DNA of 64,000 bases, from assembly GCF_006345805.1 (NCBI RefSeq), contig NC_043018.1, positions 11,470,001-11,534,000 of the forward strand, written 5' to 3'. The position numbers and the translations under genes are program-made. Below, piece by piece: positions 51,507 to 64,000 of this stretch. Under the pieces are notes generated by a model. It did no database searches. It worked only from the letters and a program-made list of their open reading frames with translations, and was not told where the DNA came from. Position 1 is the stretch's first letter, and each line of letters opens with the position of its first letter. This stretch comes from Octopus sinensis (Eukaryota).

Positions 51507-53846
51507 TTATCTGATAATAGAGTTAAGTTTATATTTTGTTATATTTCTGTTATAAATTTGTTAAATTAATCTATATGTATGTAATCTCTTTATATTTGAA
51601 ATAGATTTATTTAGATGTTTATTTAATCAATGTTTATTTAATATAGAAGTATAGATTAGTAAGATAGAATAAATGAATAAAACTAAATGTTTACCTGTAT
51701 GCTTGTATGGAAGTATGAATATAGGCATTTATATACGTATTTATTCATATGATATATGTGTATGTGTGTGTATGTGTGTGTATGTATGTATATGTACGTG
51801 TATATATATGTATATGTATATATATTTATATATGTTTGTGTGTGTGTGTGTGTGTGTATATGTGTATTTGTGTATTTGTAGGTATTGTGTATTGTGCGAT
51901 ATATATATATATATAATATAATATATATATATATAATATATATATATATATGTATACGCATGCACAGTTATACCTCACATTATGAGAAGTGTTTTACGAG
52001 ACAATGGTTTTGATCACGAGTTTTAGCTTATAAATAAAAGAGTAATTTGGGAAAGAATTTAATAGTATGTCGAGGGGTTACTATAATTTTTTTATATATT
52101 TATTAATCATATAAGATTTTTAGAGTATACATAATAATTAGTAGTTTTTAATTATTTAATTTATTTAGTATTAAGTATTATTTATCATAGTTATTTTAAT
52201 AATAAATCTTATAGTATAGAGTGATTCTATTCTTTATTTGTGACTTCATTCTATTTACATTTATTGATAAACCATAACTGTTTCCATTCACAATTTTCAT
52301 TGATAAAGCGTATTTGTAGTTCCTCACGTTTAAAGAATTCTTCAACAATTTATTCTTTTTTTACTAATAACGTAATTCCACGAGTATTCTTATTAACGCT
52401 GTAAAGACGTTTTCCGATTTAAAATTTTAGTTCATCACAAAACCTCACAAAGCTAAATATATATTGATATTTAAGATTTTTAAATTTTAAAATTTAAATA
52501 TTTTAATAAGTCTTATGGTATGATATTGTTTTATAAATATTGATGGTTATGTAATGATCTAATTATCGTAATTTTTTCTATATAATTATTAGATATTAAC
52601 TTTACGTTTATTTGTAAGACTTTACTTAGCCAAAGAGATATATAGATCTTTAACACTTATACGAGTTTTTTAAAATTAGGTTTCATGTATATACATGTAT
52701 TGATAGCATAAATTTTAGTCATAAATAACTATATTTGTTGATAGTTATTTTAAATTTCTTATAATTGTTATTATAACTTGTATATTGTTTTTTTAAATCG
52801 ATAATTGGTAGTAATATTCTTTACATTGATAAATATATTTGTAGTATTTATTTGATACTATATAACTACGGATTGATTATTTCATTAAGTATTTTATTAT
52901 TCTATTTTAACTATACGATTTTTGAAAGTTATTAGTTTGCCAAAGAGATATATAGTACGTTAATTTGTTATAGCGTTCGTTTAAGATTGTTTGTTTGTTT
53001 TTTTACAATTAGCTATTTCATCTTTAATCTTTTAATATTCTTATAAGTAATAATGAATAATTAATTTATTAGGTCTTTATTATACGTGCATATATATTTA
53101 TTGATAGAGATAATTTTAGATCTTAATTCTAATATTTATATACATTTATATATTTTCATTGATAATTTATTTATTATTCAAATATTATATAATTATTTGA
53201 CTTGAAATTATATTTAATAATATGAATAGTCATTTAAAAAAGTTTTTTTTTGTAAAATATGTATGTAATTAGATATTGACTATAACTGATATTAGATTAT
53301 TTGTGGGTTTTTTACCTTAAAAATTAATATTTAATGTTATAATTGATTGCATGACATAATCATAATTGTTAAGTTTCTAGTTTGATATTAGAGTTTTTTT
53401 ATAAGAAAAATTATTATTTTATTTATTTCTTAAAAAATATTGTTTAAATATTTCTGATTATTTATTTAAATATTAACCTGAAGATTGACTATAACCATTA
53501 TTTGAATTATTAATTGAATTTAAATTATTGTTATTCGAATTGGTTTATGGGCATGAAACGATCGTAGTGGTTTTACTCTTTATCTTATATTAAACTTTTA
53601 ATACTTTTTGATAGTTATATATATTTTTTTTTAAATAATAATAATAATAATAACAATAATATATATATATAAATTTATAAGTATAAATTATTAATTTAAA
53701 TAATTTTTTTAAATTTTAACTTTTAATTTAAATAATTTAAATTTTGAATTTTATATATTTTTTATTAATTAATTTTATTTCTATGTATTGGTTTATGATT
53801 TTCACTGTTTGATTTGCCTAATAGTGGTTTTATCTCTAATTTAATA
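50342..53846. mobile_element. AT-rich foldback element with ~0.9-1 kb inverted arms (50342-51310 / 52929-53846), probably Penelope-derived
   Basis: arms are near-identical reverse complements; each carries CTGAAGA...GAAA-CGATCG-TA; no recognisable ORF in the spacer. Confidence 0.85.
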
Positions 53847-53868
53847 TATAATATATATACATATATAT

Positions 53869-53904
<36 letters not shown>

Positions 53905-53905
<1 letters not shown>

Positions 53906-54001
53906 GACTACGTCCCAGGTAGGGGCCATGGGTTATGGCCTGACTAGTCCCGGCAAGACTAGTCAGGCCATAACCCATGGCCCCTACCTGGGACGTAGTC
54001 A
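53905..54001. repeat. perfect 45-bp-arm hairpin at the 5' junction of an RTE-tail element
   Basis: TGACTACGTCCCAGGTAGGGGCCATGGGTTATGGCCTGACTAGTC, 7-nt loop, exact reverse complement. Confidence 0.95.
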
Positions 54002-54222
54002 GTCCACCTGTGCATACCTTCCTTCTTGTGACACTTGTGAAGACCTGTTGAGGCAAGTGAAAATCAAATCAAATCAAAACAAATCAAAATAGATGAACAT
54101 CAATGGAATTTGTATCTTTGTGGTACCAGTGCCGGTGGCACGTGGCACATAAGAAAACCATCCGAACGTGGCCGTAGCCAGTACCGCATCGACTGGCCTC
54201 CGTGCTGTGGGCACGTAACAAG

Positions 54223-54533
54223 CACCATCTGATCGTGGCCGTTTGCCAGCCTCATCTGGCACCTGTGTCGGTGGCACATAAAAACACCATCCGAGCGTGG
54301 CCGTCTGCCAGCCTCGTCTGGCACCTGTGTCGGTGGCACATAAAAACACCATCCGAGCGTGGCCGTCTGCCAGCCTCGTCTGGCACCTGTGTCGGTGGCA
54401 CATAAAAACACCATCCGAGCGTGGCCGTCTGCCAGCCTCGTCTGGCACCTGTGTCGGTGGCACATAAAAAACACCATCCGAGCGTGGCCGTTTGTCAGCC
54501 TCGTCTGGCACCTGTGTCGGTGGCACATAAAAT
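54223..54533 (+). repeat. 62-bp tandem repeat x5 inside an RTE-tail element
   Basis: unit CACCATCCGAGCGTGGCCGTCTGCCAGCCTCGTCTGGCACCTGTGTCGGTGGCACATAAAAA. Confidence 0.93.
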
Positions 54534-55283
54534 CACCCACTACACTCTCGGAGTGGTTGGCGTTAGGAAGGGCATCCAGCTGTAGAAACACTGCCAGATC
54601 TGACTGGACTGGTGCAGCTTTCGGGCTCCCCAGACCCCAGTTGAACCGTCCAACCCATGCTAGCATGGAAAGCGGACGTTAAATGATGATGATGATGATG
54701 ATGATGATATATATATATAAGCGCAGAAGTGGCTCTGTGGTAAGTAGCTTGCTAACCAACCACATGGTTCCGGGTTCAGTCCCACTGCGTGGCAACTTGG
54801 GCAAGTGTCTTCTGCTATAGCCCCGGGCCGACCAATGCCTTGTGAGTGGATTTGGTAGACGGAAACTGAAAGAAGCCTGTCGTATATATGTGTGTGTATA
54901 TGTTTGTGTGTCTGTGTTTGTCCCCCTAGCATTGCTTGACAACCGATGTTGGTGTGCTTACGTCCCCGTCACATAGCGGTTCGGCAAAAGAGACCGATAG
55001 AATAAGTACTGGCCTTATAAAGAATAAGTCCTGGGGTCGATTTGCTCGACTACAGGCGGTGCTCCAGCATGGCCGCAGTCAAATGACTGAAACAAGTAAA
55101 AGAGTAAAAGAGTAAAGAGTAAGAGTATATATATATATATATATATATGACGGGTTTCTTTCAGTTTCCTTCTACCAAATCCACTCACAAGGCTTTGCTC
55201 GGCCCAAGGCTATAGTAGCAGCAAATGGGGATGAAAGAAGAGGAGACAGGTCCAAATGAATATGAAATATTCAGAGTACAAAC

Positions 55284-55393
55284 TTTTGTCTTCTGGAAAT
55301 ATTGGTCAGTCTGTTGTTATTTAAGTTGCTTTTGTGGCTAAATTTGTCTAAGAAGTTCGAATAATTAATGGTTCCATCTGGATTTTTGTAGAC
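55284..55393 (-). CDS. EFCAB6: EFCAB6-like exon (EF-hand)
   Basis: CAG acceptor, GTTTGT donor; 110 nt, phase 0-2; VYKNPDGTINYSNFLDKFSHKSNLNNNRLTNISRRQ. Confidence 0.88.
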
Positions 55394-55452
55394 CTGCAGT
55401 AAAAGAAACAAAATAGATAATGAGCCTCATAATCATCATTATCAACATCACT

Positions 55453-55680
55453 ACCACCATCACCAACAACAATAACAACATCGTCTTTACCACCATCACC
55501 AACAACAATAACAACATCGTCTTTACCACCATCACCAACAACAATAACAACATCGTCTTTACCACCATCACCAACAACAATAACAACATCGTCTTTACCA
55601 CCATCACCAACAATAATAACAACATCGTCTTTACCACCATCACCAACAACAATAACAACATCGTCTTTACCACCATCACC
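55453..55680. repeat. 36-bp minisatellite x6 in a short intron
   Basis: unit ACCACCATCACCAACAACAATAACAACATCGTCTTT. Confidence 0.95.
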
Positions 55681-55783
55681 ATCATTCTCCTCGCCAACCC
55701 CGACACCATCATTTACATAGTTTATATAATTGCAAAAAACGTTGCTTGACCCTTATTATTGAGAAAAGTAACATAAAACTGAC

Positions 55784-55903
55784 CTTACTAATAATGTTTT
55801 CAAACACAGTGTCGGAAATATGTCCAAAGAACATCTCGATAACCTTTCGGAAATCTTTTACTTTGACTGAACAGTTCTTCTTTGTGTCAAAATATTTAAA
55901 ACT
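55784..55903 (-). CDS. EFCAB6: EFCAB6-like exon (EF-hand)
   Basis: poly-T/AAG acceptor, GTCAGT donor; 120 nt, phase 0-0; SFKYFDTKKNCSVKVKDFRKVIEMFFGHISDTVFENIISK. Confidence 0.9.
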
Positions 55904-56284
55904 CTTGCAAAAAAAAAAAAAATATTGGATTTAATAACATTGATAACACACACACACATGTATGCATACATTTACATACATACATACACACATAGATACA
56001 TACATAATACATACATACATGTGTATGCGCACGCACGCACACACTGGCCCACACTCATGGGCACAAACAAACAAAAGAATACAGCTTGGATAACAGAGTC
56101 TCAATGAGTACTGAAAAGGTTGCAAGACACAACGAAAATTTTAGGAAAAATAAATAAATGAGTGGAAACTTTACCAGTGAGTGTGTTAAATAATAAGGCA
56201 CTAAAAGAGAATGACTCTCCCCAGACACAACTCTCTCTCAATATATATATATATGATGATGATGATGATGATGATGATGATATA

Positions 56285-56378
56285 TATTAATATTTAGCAG
56301 AAGTAACAGAGTGATTCAAAGTCTGAGAGTTTTATACTGGGACCTTGAGTCTCTCAGTTACTTCTGCTAAATATTAAT
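56285..56378. repeat. imperfect hairpin/palindromic element
   Basis: TATTAATATTTAGCAGAAGTAAC...GTTACTTCTGCTAAATATTAATA, pairing extends inward with mismatches. Confidence 0.85.
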
Positions 56379-56469
56379 AAAAACATACATATACTCATAT
56401 TCTGAGTTTGATTTTTCCTGTCTGCATCAACATACCTATATATATATAGATATAATTCTTTTTTTTATT

Positions 56470-57650
56470 TACCCAGGCCTATGCCCCATTTTTTAGGAAG
56501 GGGTAGCCACAACAAGACACACACCAGGCATTCCATTCATTTCCCAGCTCAAAGAAACAAGCCCCATTCTATGCTTGGGTCAAGGCATAAAACACAACTC
56601 CCAATATCAGCAGCAGGGCCAGACAGCATATGCTGGTTTACCCCTGCCATATCATGCTGGTTCCGTACCTCTTTGAGCAACATCAAATTCACTCATCCAT
56701 CCACAAACATTCTCCAAACATTCCTATCATTTACAAACTCTCTTGCCTCTCTCACTCCAGCACCTCTGACCACCAAAGCTTTCCTCACTCCATCCATACA
56801 CACAAACCAAGGTCTGCCTATGGTTCTGCTGCCTACCACTTCTGCCTTCATCAGCCTCCTTACCATCTGCTCCTCATTCATCCTCTCCATGTGCCCAAAC
56901 ACCTCAACAATCATCTATCCATTTTGGTTGTTAGTTTTTCTCCCATTCCTGCTTGCCTTTGCACCTCTTCATTCCTCATCCTGTCCATCCATGTCCCACC
57001 ATCCATAGCCCTCAAACATCTCATCTCAAACACATCCAGTTGCCTCCTTTCCACCTCTCTCAGCCCCCATGTCTCTGCACCATATCACATTGTCGGCACA
57101 ATCATGCCCTCATACACACTTCTTTTCACTTTCATACTCAGTCTTTTATCTCTCAGCTTACCTTTCACAACTCCAAGTATCATACTCACCTACCTCCCTC
57201 GATATCCCACTTCCTCAGCTAACCCCACCATCCCAGATACTTAAAAACACTCACCTCCTCTAGCATCTCACCATTTATACTCCCATCCATCCTACCAGCC
57301 ATTCCATCTCTCCAACATCTCATCCCCTTACTCTTAGCTACATTCAGTTCCAGTTCCCTCCTCTCACACACTTTTCCAGACTCTACCACCAGTCTCCTCA
57401 GTTGCTCTTCTGAATCCCCCACCAGTACTGTATCATCAGCAAACAACAACTGACTCAGCTGCCATTTCCCTCCATTTTCTCCCACCATTTGGACTCCCCT
57501 ACCAAGGGTTCTAGCATTTACTTCTCTCCCCACACCAACCATTTAATATAGCTGCGGAGACATCACACAGTTCTGTCTTAATCCCACCTTCACATCAAAC
57601 CACTCACTTACTTCACCACAAACCCTAATGCACACCCTACTTTCTCTATA
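56470..57650 (-). mobile_element. 5'-truncated RTE-clade LINE (RT C-terminal half and 3' UTR)
   Basis: VGLRQNCVMSP, QLLFADDTVLV, LNVAKSK, FKYLG, FGHMERM...GRP. Confidence 0.9.
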
Positions 57651-58736
57651 ATATATATATATATATCATCATCATCATCATCGTTTAGCGTCCGTTTTCC
57701 ATGCTAGCATGGGTTGGACGGTTCTACTGGGGTCTGTGAAGCCAGAAGGCTTCATCAGGCCCAGTCAAATCTGGCAGTGTTTCTACGGCTGGATGCCCTT
57801 CCTAACGCCAACCACTCCGTGAGTGTAGTGGGTGCTTTTTACGTGCCACCCGCACAGGTGCCAGACAGAGCTGGCAAACGGCCACGAACGGATGGTGCTT
57901 TTTATGTGCCACCGGCACGAGGACCAGGCGAGGCTGGCAACGGACACGAAACGGGGCGGTGCTGGCAACGGTCGCGAAACGGAAGGTTCTCTTACATGCC
58001 ACCGGCACTGGTAACACATCTGCAATTTCCATTGATCGATTTCCATTGATCGATTTCGATTCTGATCCTCACTTGCCTCAACGGGTCTTCACAAGTAGAG
58101 TTTCGACATGCCACCGGCACTGGTAACACATCTGCAATTTCCAAGGGTAAAGACCCCTTTTGGTCATGAAAGTTCCCCTCCAAGGCCACAAGTCCAATCC
58201 ATGCATATCAGCCTCCCCTTTCCATGCCACTGATGTTATCCAAGGGAAAGGCAAAGGCCAATACAGCTTGGCAACAGTGAAATCACGATTCAATTCTACA
58301 GCTGAGTGAACTGTAGGAACACGAAATAAAGTGTCTTGCTCAAGAACACAACACACTAGCCCAGTCCAAGAATCAAAGTCACTACCTCACAATTGTAAGC
58401 TCAATGCTCTAACCACTGAACCATGCGCCTTCACACACACAGAAACACACACATACACACACATATGTACATGTGAGTGTCTGTGTATGCATATACATAG
58501 ACATGCACACACACACATACAATAGCTCCTTTAGTTTATATAGTTTCCATCAACCACATCAACTAACAAGGATTTGGTCAGTCTGGGGCTATATAGTAGG
58601 AGACAAATACTCAATGTGCCATGCAGTAGGACGTGAACCGGAAACCATATGGCCAGTAAGTGAACTTTTTACCCACATAGCTATGCCTGCACCTAATTAT
58701 GACATAAACTGTAAGATGATCATTTAAATTATATAC

Positions 58737-58807
58737 CTTAAGAAAGTCTTCAAACTTTTCTCCAACAAAAGCTCGCAAAGAATTATCCACAGCTAAAAGC
58801 TCAGTTC
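58737..58807 (-). CDS. EFCAB6: EFCAB6-like gene, first exon recognisable in window (internal exon)
   Basis: CAG acceptor after a pyrimidine tract, GTATAT donor; 71 nt, phase 1 to 0; TELLAVDNSLRAFVGEKFEDFLK joins in frame to the next exon. Confidence 0.85.
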
Positions 58808-59138
58808 CTGTAAATAGAAATTTATTCGGAATAACTTTCAGAGAAATATATTTTTATTTATACAAGATTGTTTCAATGTTAACAATGTTAACCTTTTTGT
58901 TACTATAATTCTTTTGAAATACACTGCCTTTGTTTCAGTCAATTTTGAAAGTAATGAAAGAATTTAATAAAATGATGTCATTATTAGGCAGGTGTTTGAA
59001 ACATTAACATGAAATTTGAGAGAAAATTTGAATTTCAATAACATTAGAACAAGAAATTCATATCATAAAACCAATGGCAATCTTAGGCAGTGGAGTATGA
59101 AAATGGTTAAAGCTATTTAAAAGCAACATCTGAATATA

Positions 59139-59450
59139 TAGGGTATCCCTAAAGTCTGGACACACAGGAAATCTTATTAACTATATTTTTTACTCAATGA
59201 AAAACAGACACAACACACTTGATGGAATGCATAAAGAGTAAATATGCTCAAATTGATGGCAGTGTAGAGTTATTACATCGGGTTCACATGAATCTTGCAA
59301 AGTGCTTCAACCTTTGCATCACAAATGGTGGAAATAATATTGAAGATGTTATTCGTTAATATTCCAAATGAATAAAATGGCATTGAAAATTTTATGTGTA
59401 TTTCTTGAAAATGTAGCATTTGCCTGTGTCCAGACTTTAGGGACACATTG
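59139..59450. mobile_element. Tc1/mariner-type MITE
   Basis: TIRs AGGGTATCCCTAAAGTCTGGACACACAGG / CCTGTGTCCAGACTTTAGGGACACATTG. Confidence 0.75.
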
Positions 59451-60694
59451 TGCAAACAAAAATAGAAAGCTTCAGTTCTGAGCCCATCGGCTGAGATTGA
59501 AACCTGGAAAAGAGCCAAACCAAGGTAAAAAAGAAAATTTATTTTTAAGTAAAAATATTTAATTTTAGGTGCAAAGTCTCAGTGGCTTCCTTATATAATT
59601 TCCCTGGACAACATTAATTACATAGTCATGAGATAGATATTATGAAATCATCATCATCATCATCATTTAACATCCATTTTCCATGCTCGTATGGGTTGGA
59701 CCAGTCTGACAGTTGGCAAGGCCAGGAGCCACACAATTGTCTGTTTTGTCATGATTCCTACAGCTCGGTGCCCTTCCTAATGCTAACCACTTTACAGTTT
59801 GTGCTGGGAACATTTTATTTGGCAGCAACACCAGTGCTTTTAGACTGATACCAGCACCGAGAGAGTCACCAAGTACCTTGCAAGACTAAAGCCCCTCAAC
59901 TGGAAGGTAGGGGTAGCATTGAAGAGGTGTTGCTTTGTGCCAGTTGAGAGATAAAAGGTATAGAGGAGAGAGATAGGTGTCTTGCTATTGAGTAGATACG
60001 TGGATACCCCAGCTGGAAAGCAAAGGAGAGTGAGTTAGGGAGTATGATCAAGAGAGCAATGGGGAGAGAGATGATGGTGAAGATGTTTCAGGACATGCCC
60101 TCAAAGGATACTGGGGTGGTAAGAATAGGCGAGGTGATATATGAAGGCACATGGCTCAGTGGTTAGAGCATTGAACTCACAATCATGTTGTAGTGATTTT
60201 CATTCCCAGACCAGGCTGTGTGTTGTGTTCTTGAGCAAGACACTTTATTTCATCTTCCTCCAGTTCTATCAGCTGTAGAAATGAGTTGCAACGTCACTGG
60301 TGCCAAGCTGTCTCAGCCTTTATCTTTCCCTTGGATAACATCAGTGGCATAGAAAAGGGAGGCTGGTATGCATGGGTGACTGCTGGTCTTCTATTAACAA
60401 TGTTGCTGGACTTGTGCTTTGGAGGGTAACTTTCTAGGTGGAATCCCATGGTTATTCATTGTCGAAGGGAGTTTTACTCTTATAGAGGTTTGAGATGGTT
60501 GAATGGGCACGACGAGGTGACTGTAACAAATGATGGAGTGGTTGGCTTTAGGAAGGGCATCCAGCTGTAGAAACTCTGCCAGATCACATTGGAGCCTGGT
60601 GTAGCCATCTGGCTCAACAGTCCTCAGTCAAACCGTCCAACCCATGCCAGTGCCAGCATGGAAAGCGGACGTGAAACGATGATGATGATGATAA

Positions 60695-60737
<43 letters not shown>

Positions 60738-62461
60738 TGATGAGCTTCTTTCACTTTCTGTCTACCAAATTCAAGCGACTATAGTTGACCTGGATCTACA
60801 ATAGACAATTACCCAGAGTGCCACACAATGGAGCTGAACCCAAGACCATGTGGTTAGGAAGTGAACTTCTTAACCATGTAGCCATGCCTTCACCTATACC
60901 AATGCCTGTACCTATAGCCAGGCCTATAGAAAATAAGGTATCGTATATGTATTACAGAGATTCAGAAAATTTTAATTAACTGATTACCTTTAAAATTAGT
61001 AAACAAAATCTCCCTTTAACAGTGCTAAAGGAAGTTTAAAATGTAAGAAGAACAACCAATGAGGTTAACTCACTAGCAACTAAATGAAATTTTTGGAAAA
61101 GAAGAGAGGAGTGATTCTGATCTTTACATTTAAAGAAGAAACAAGTATGTTTCAGACTTATTGGGCCTTTTCAACAAAACATTTTTCTCAATTGGCAAGG
61201 CTTAAAAGTGATCAGTATATATAGAAATAGAGGGAACACAGTAACACTGATTATTAACATCAGCAATATGCTGAAGGAATTACCCCAAGGGAATGATCTG
61301 CATACAATAAAGCCTTACATATGCAAAATAGTAAGTTAAAGATTTCAATTAATTGAAATTATACAAGCAATTAAGACAAAATCTACCTCAAAAGAGGTTA
61401 AAAAACTAAAAATAGCAATCATGGGAGATAACTCCAGTAAAATCAGCTAATTTAAATTTTTGGAAACTAAATATGAAACAAATAGAAGTCAAGCTCATGT
61501 ATAAAAACCTGCTTCGATTTACCAATTATTTGTCAAGGTGCTTTAGAATATTTTTGTTTATCTATTGTTACATTGATACTCTTCTTCAATCATTTGGACA
61601 ACAAAAATGTGAAACTCAAAGTTATCATCCAGTCTCAGAGTAAGCTTCAGTGTCTAAAACAATACAAACACTCCATTTTGTGTATTGAGTACTTTTTCTC
61701 TGTTTGTTAATACAAATGTTTGCTAGTCCATATGGAATGAAGCCGTTCCCCCTTTTATTATTTAAGCTTATTCATAAACATACATACACATACATTTATA
61801 TAATATAAAAATGTGTATACATAGATAAATGAATACACACACACATAAACACAGACACACACACACACAGTACATACTCAGATACTTGTGTATGTGAATG
61901 CACATATGGACAGACATTGACAAGCACTTACTCATATATACACATAGAAATACAAACGCACACACACAAAGACTTTCACACAGACTTGCACACTAGTGCA
62001 TGTGCACACACACACACAGATGCACATACTATTCCATTAAACATATCCTGTTGCTGTCAGTTATGTTTCTCTCTCTCCCTCTCAGCTCTCCCCCTCTCTC
62101 TCTCTGTTTCACTCTCTTTTTTTCTCCTTCATGCTCATCATTGCTACTTATCTTTCTCCCTTTTCTTTTCTCATTATTTTTCCTCTCCCTGCTTCCAATG
62201 ACTGAGTCTTGACCAATGTTAAAATAGATGCTTAACATTCCTTTGAATGTGACTGACGAAGCTAAGTGCATGATTCGGAAATAATTTCCAAGCTCAGCCA
62301 TCCAGATGCATTAGAACAAGATTCAGTTGCCTCCAGCTTGGTTTGATTCCTCGAGATTATGGCTTCATCTTGCATAATTTAATTCCTTTTTACAACAGGG
62401 TTGGGTTTTATATTAGATCCACATACCATACATTAATTGTCTGCATACAGTTGTCTATGTT

Positions 62462-62496
<35 letters not shown>

Positions 62497-63051
62497 GAGA
62501 GAGAAAGTTTGCACACACAAGCATATTTACACACATATATACACATACAAACACTCACAAACAGATACATGTATAAATGTATGCATGTAACCCTATGTAT
62601 ATATACATATATACAAATATGTGTGTATGCACATGCACACACACACACACTTCATTTTTTTGTATTTAGTTTGTAAGATTCTTGTTGTGAATTTGCATGT
62701 TGAAACAAATCTTGCTGTGTCTTGGCAGAAACACTTTCATAAGACTCAACAAGATATACATATAGGGAGAATTCACAAAAAAACAAAAGACGAAGACAGG
62801 TGGTAAAGACAAGAAACAGATGTATTAGTTTAACGCTCGGGAAGTGAAAAAGTCTTTAATGTTTCAAGCCTACGCTCTTCCACAGAAAGGAACACAGAAA
62901 GAAACAAGGAGAGAAAATAAAGAATGTGTAGTGGCTAGCGATCAATCATGGCGAATGCCAGACAGAGGGGTCACACAGGAGAGCTAGGAAGAAGGGGAGA
63001 TAATAAAGTAGTGGTGATCCTAAAACAAAGGTGTGTATGTGTGTATATGAG

Positions 63052-63850
63052 AGCCACTGCCTGTAGAGTTAATTTTTGGTCTTGTTCTAATTTTGTTAAC
63101 ATATGGGAACATATATCAGCATTTTTTCTTGCTGTTAACCCTTGCTCAAAAATTAGACATTTGAACAAATCCAGGGTTATTTCATTTAATTTGAATTTTT
63201 CACACTCTCTGTTAACGACCCAGCATAGGCGATAAAATCTTCAGAAAAATATAGTTACAGTATTTTTCATGTTTGGCAGGGGATAACTCACTTAAAAGTA
63301 GTGCACCTTCATCTCATCATTCCAATTTTTACATTCTTCTTTGAAGATTTCTTCGTATCTTCTAAAATATGAAGAAAAAGTAGTACCTTCTTCTGGGTTA
63401 CAAATATATTCTCCAGTTGAATTTGCTATGCTGTCTGGTGAGAATGAACCTGAAGTATTTTCAGACTTCTTCAACATTACTTCCAGTAACTGTTGGTATT
63501 GTTGTTGTTGCTGTTGTAGTTGTTGTTGTAACTGCTGTTGTTGCTGTTGCAACTGTACCACGCAAGCCAACAAGTCTTCCATGTTAAATATTTTTTCTTT
63601 TTTTATGCACCAAAAAAAGAAAATTTAAATGTCCTCCGCAAGCTTTGAATATCTCGTTGCCACTTTTATGTCCTGCCACAGGTTGGTATAGATAAATTAT
63701 GCAGCAGAGGTTTAATCAATGTGTTCACACAATGTACTTCGAAAGACTACCAAAACGCTCTCCCCATCTACTACTGACCTCTACTATTTTATAAGAGCTC
63801 GGCTAGTTCATTCTTCCAATCTACCAGGGGTATCAATGACTCTTGCCACA
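63052..63850 (-). mobile_element. Ty3/gypsy 5' remnant: putative short LTR (~63669-63850), PBS (63653-63662), broken gag
   Basis: TGT...ACA segment with TATAAAA and ATTAAA, then TGGCAACGAG PBS; gag-like YICNPEEGTTFSSYFRRYEEIF...W.DE.KV and FKCLIFEQGLTA...LTKLEQD.KLTLQ. Confidence 0.8.
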
Positions 63851-64000
63851 ACAGAACTAAGAAAAGTTTGACAAAATCATACACATATAGACACATGTAT
63901 GTGCTCAAACATGGGATTGAAGGTACAGGAACTCACCTAGTTACCCACTCCAAAGAAAACCTCCAAACATACACATGAACTCTATACACATACCAACACC

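Noticed and set aside
50342-53846. mitochondrial insertion (NUMT) suggested by extreme AT content
   Set aside because: No recognisable mitochondrial gene, rRNA or tRNA; the inverted-arm architecture explains the region better.
61509-61653. possible upstream exon with an AG acceptor
   Set aside because: All frames hit stops, or splicing creates TGA at the junction with the 58807 exon.

Overview
Eukaryotic, AT-rich, microsatellite- and transposon-dense animal DNA. The SINE/LINE repertoire looks cephalopod (Octopus-like); this is an inference. The window lies inside one large minus-strand gene. I reconstructed 14 GT-AG exons (58807 down to 1088, 1676 nt, all splice phases compatible, no stops) encoding part of a multi-EF-hand protein most similar to EFCAB6. 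Neither the start nor the end of the gene is in the window. The introns hold three tRNA-derived SINE families, RTE-tail elements, CR1, RTE, R4/Dong and Tx1 LINE remnants, Tc1/mariner elements, Helitron and gypsy remnants, and Penelope-like (GIY-YIG) fragments. The main unexplained structure is a set of type I hammerhead ribozyme motifs linked to Penelope-like remnants and palindromes. These include a compensatory U3-A8 core variant, versions with very long stem II, a back-to-back pair, and copies in both arms of a 3.5-kb foldback. Also notable are a ~30-copy tandem amplification of a SINE tRNA head with higher-order periodicity, a LINE/SINE shared 3' hairpin, and a foldback element wrapped around a tRNA-like core. 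All calls are by eye; no searches were run.
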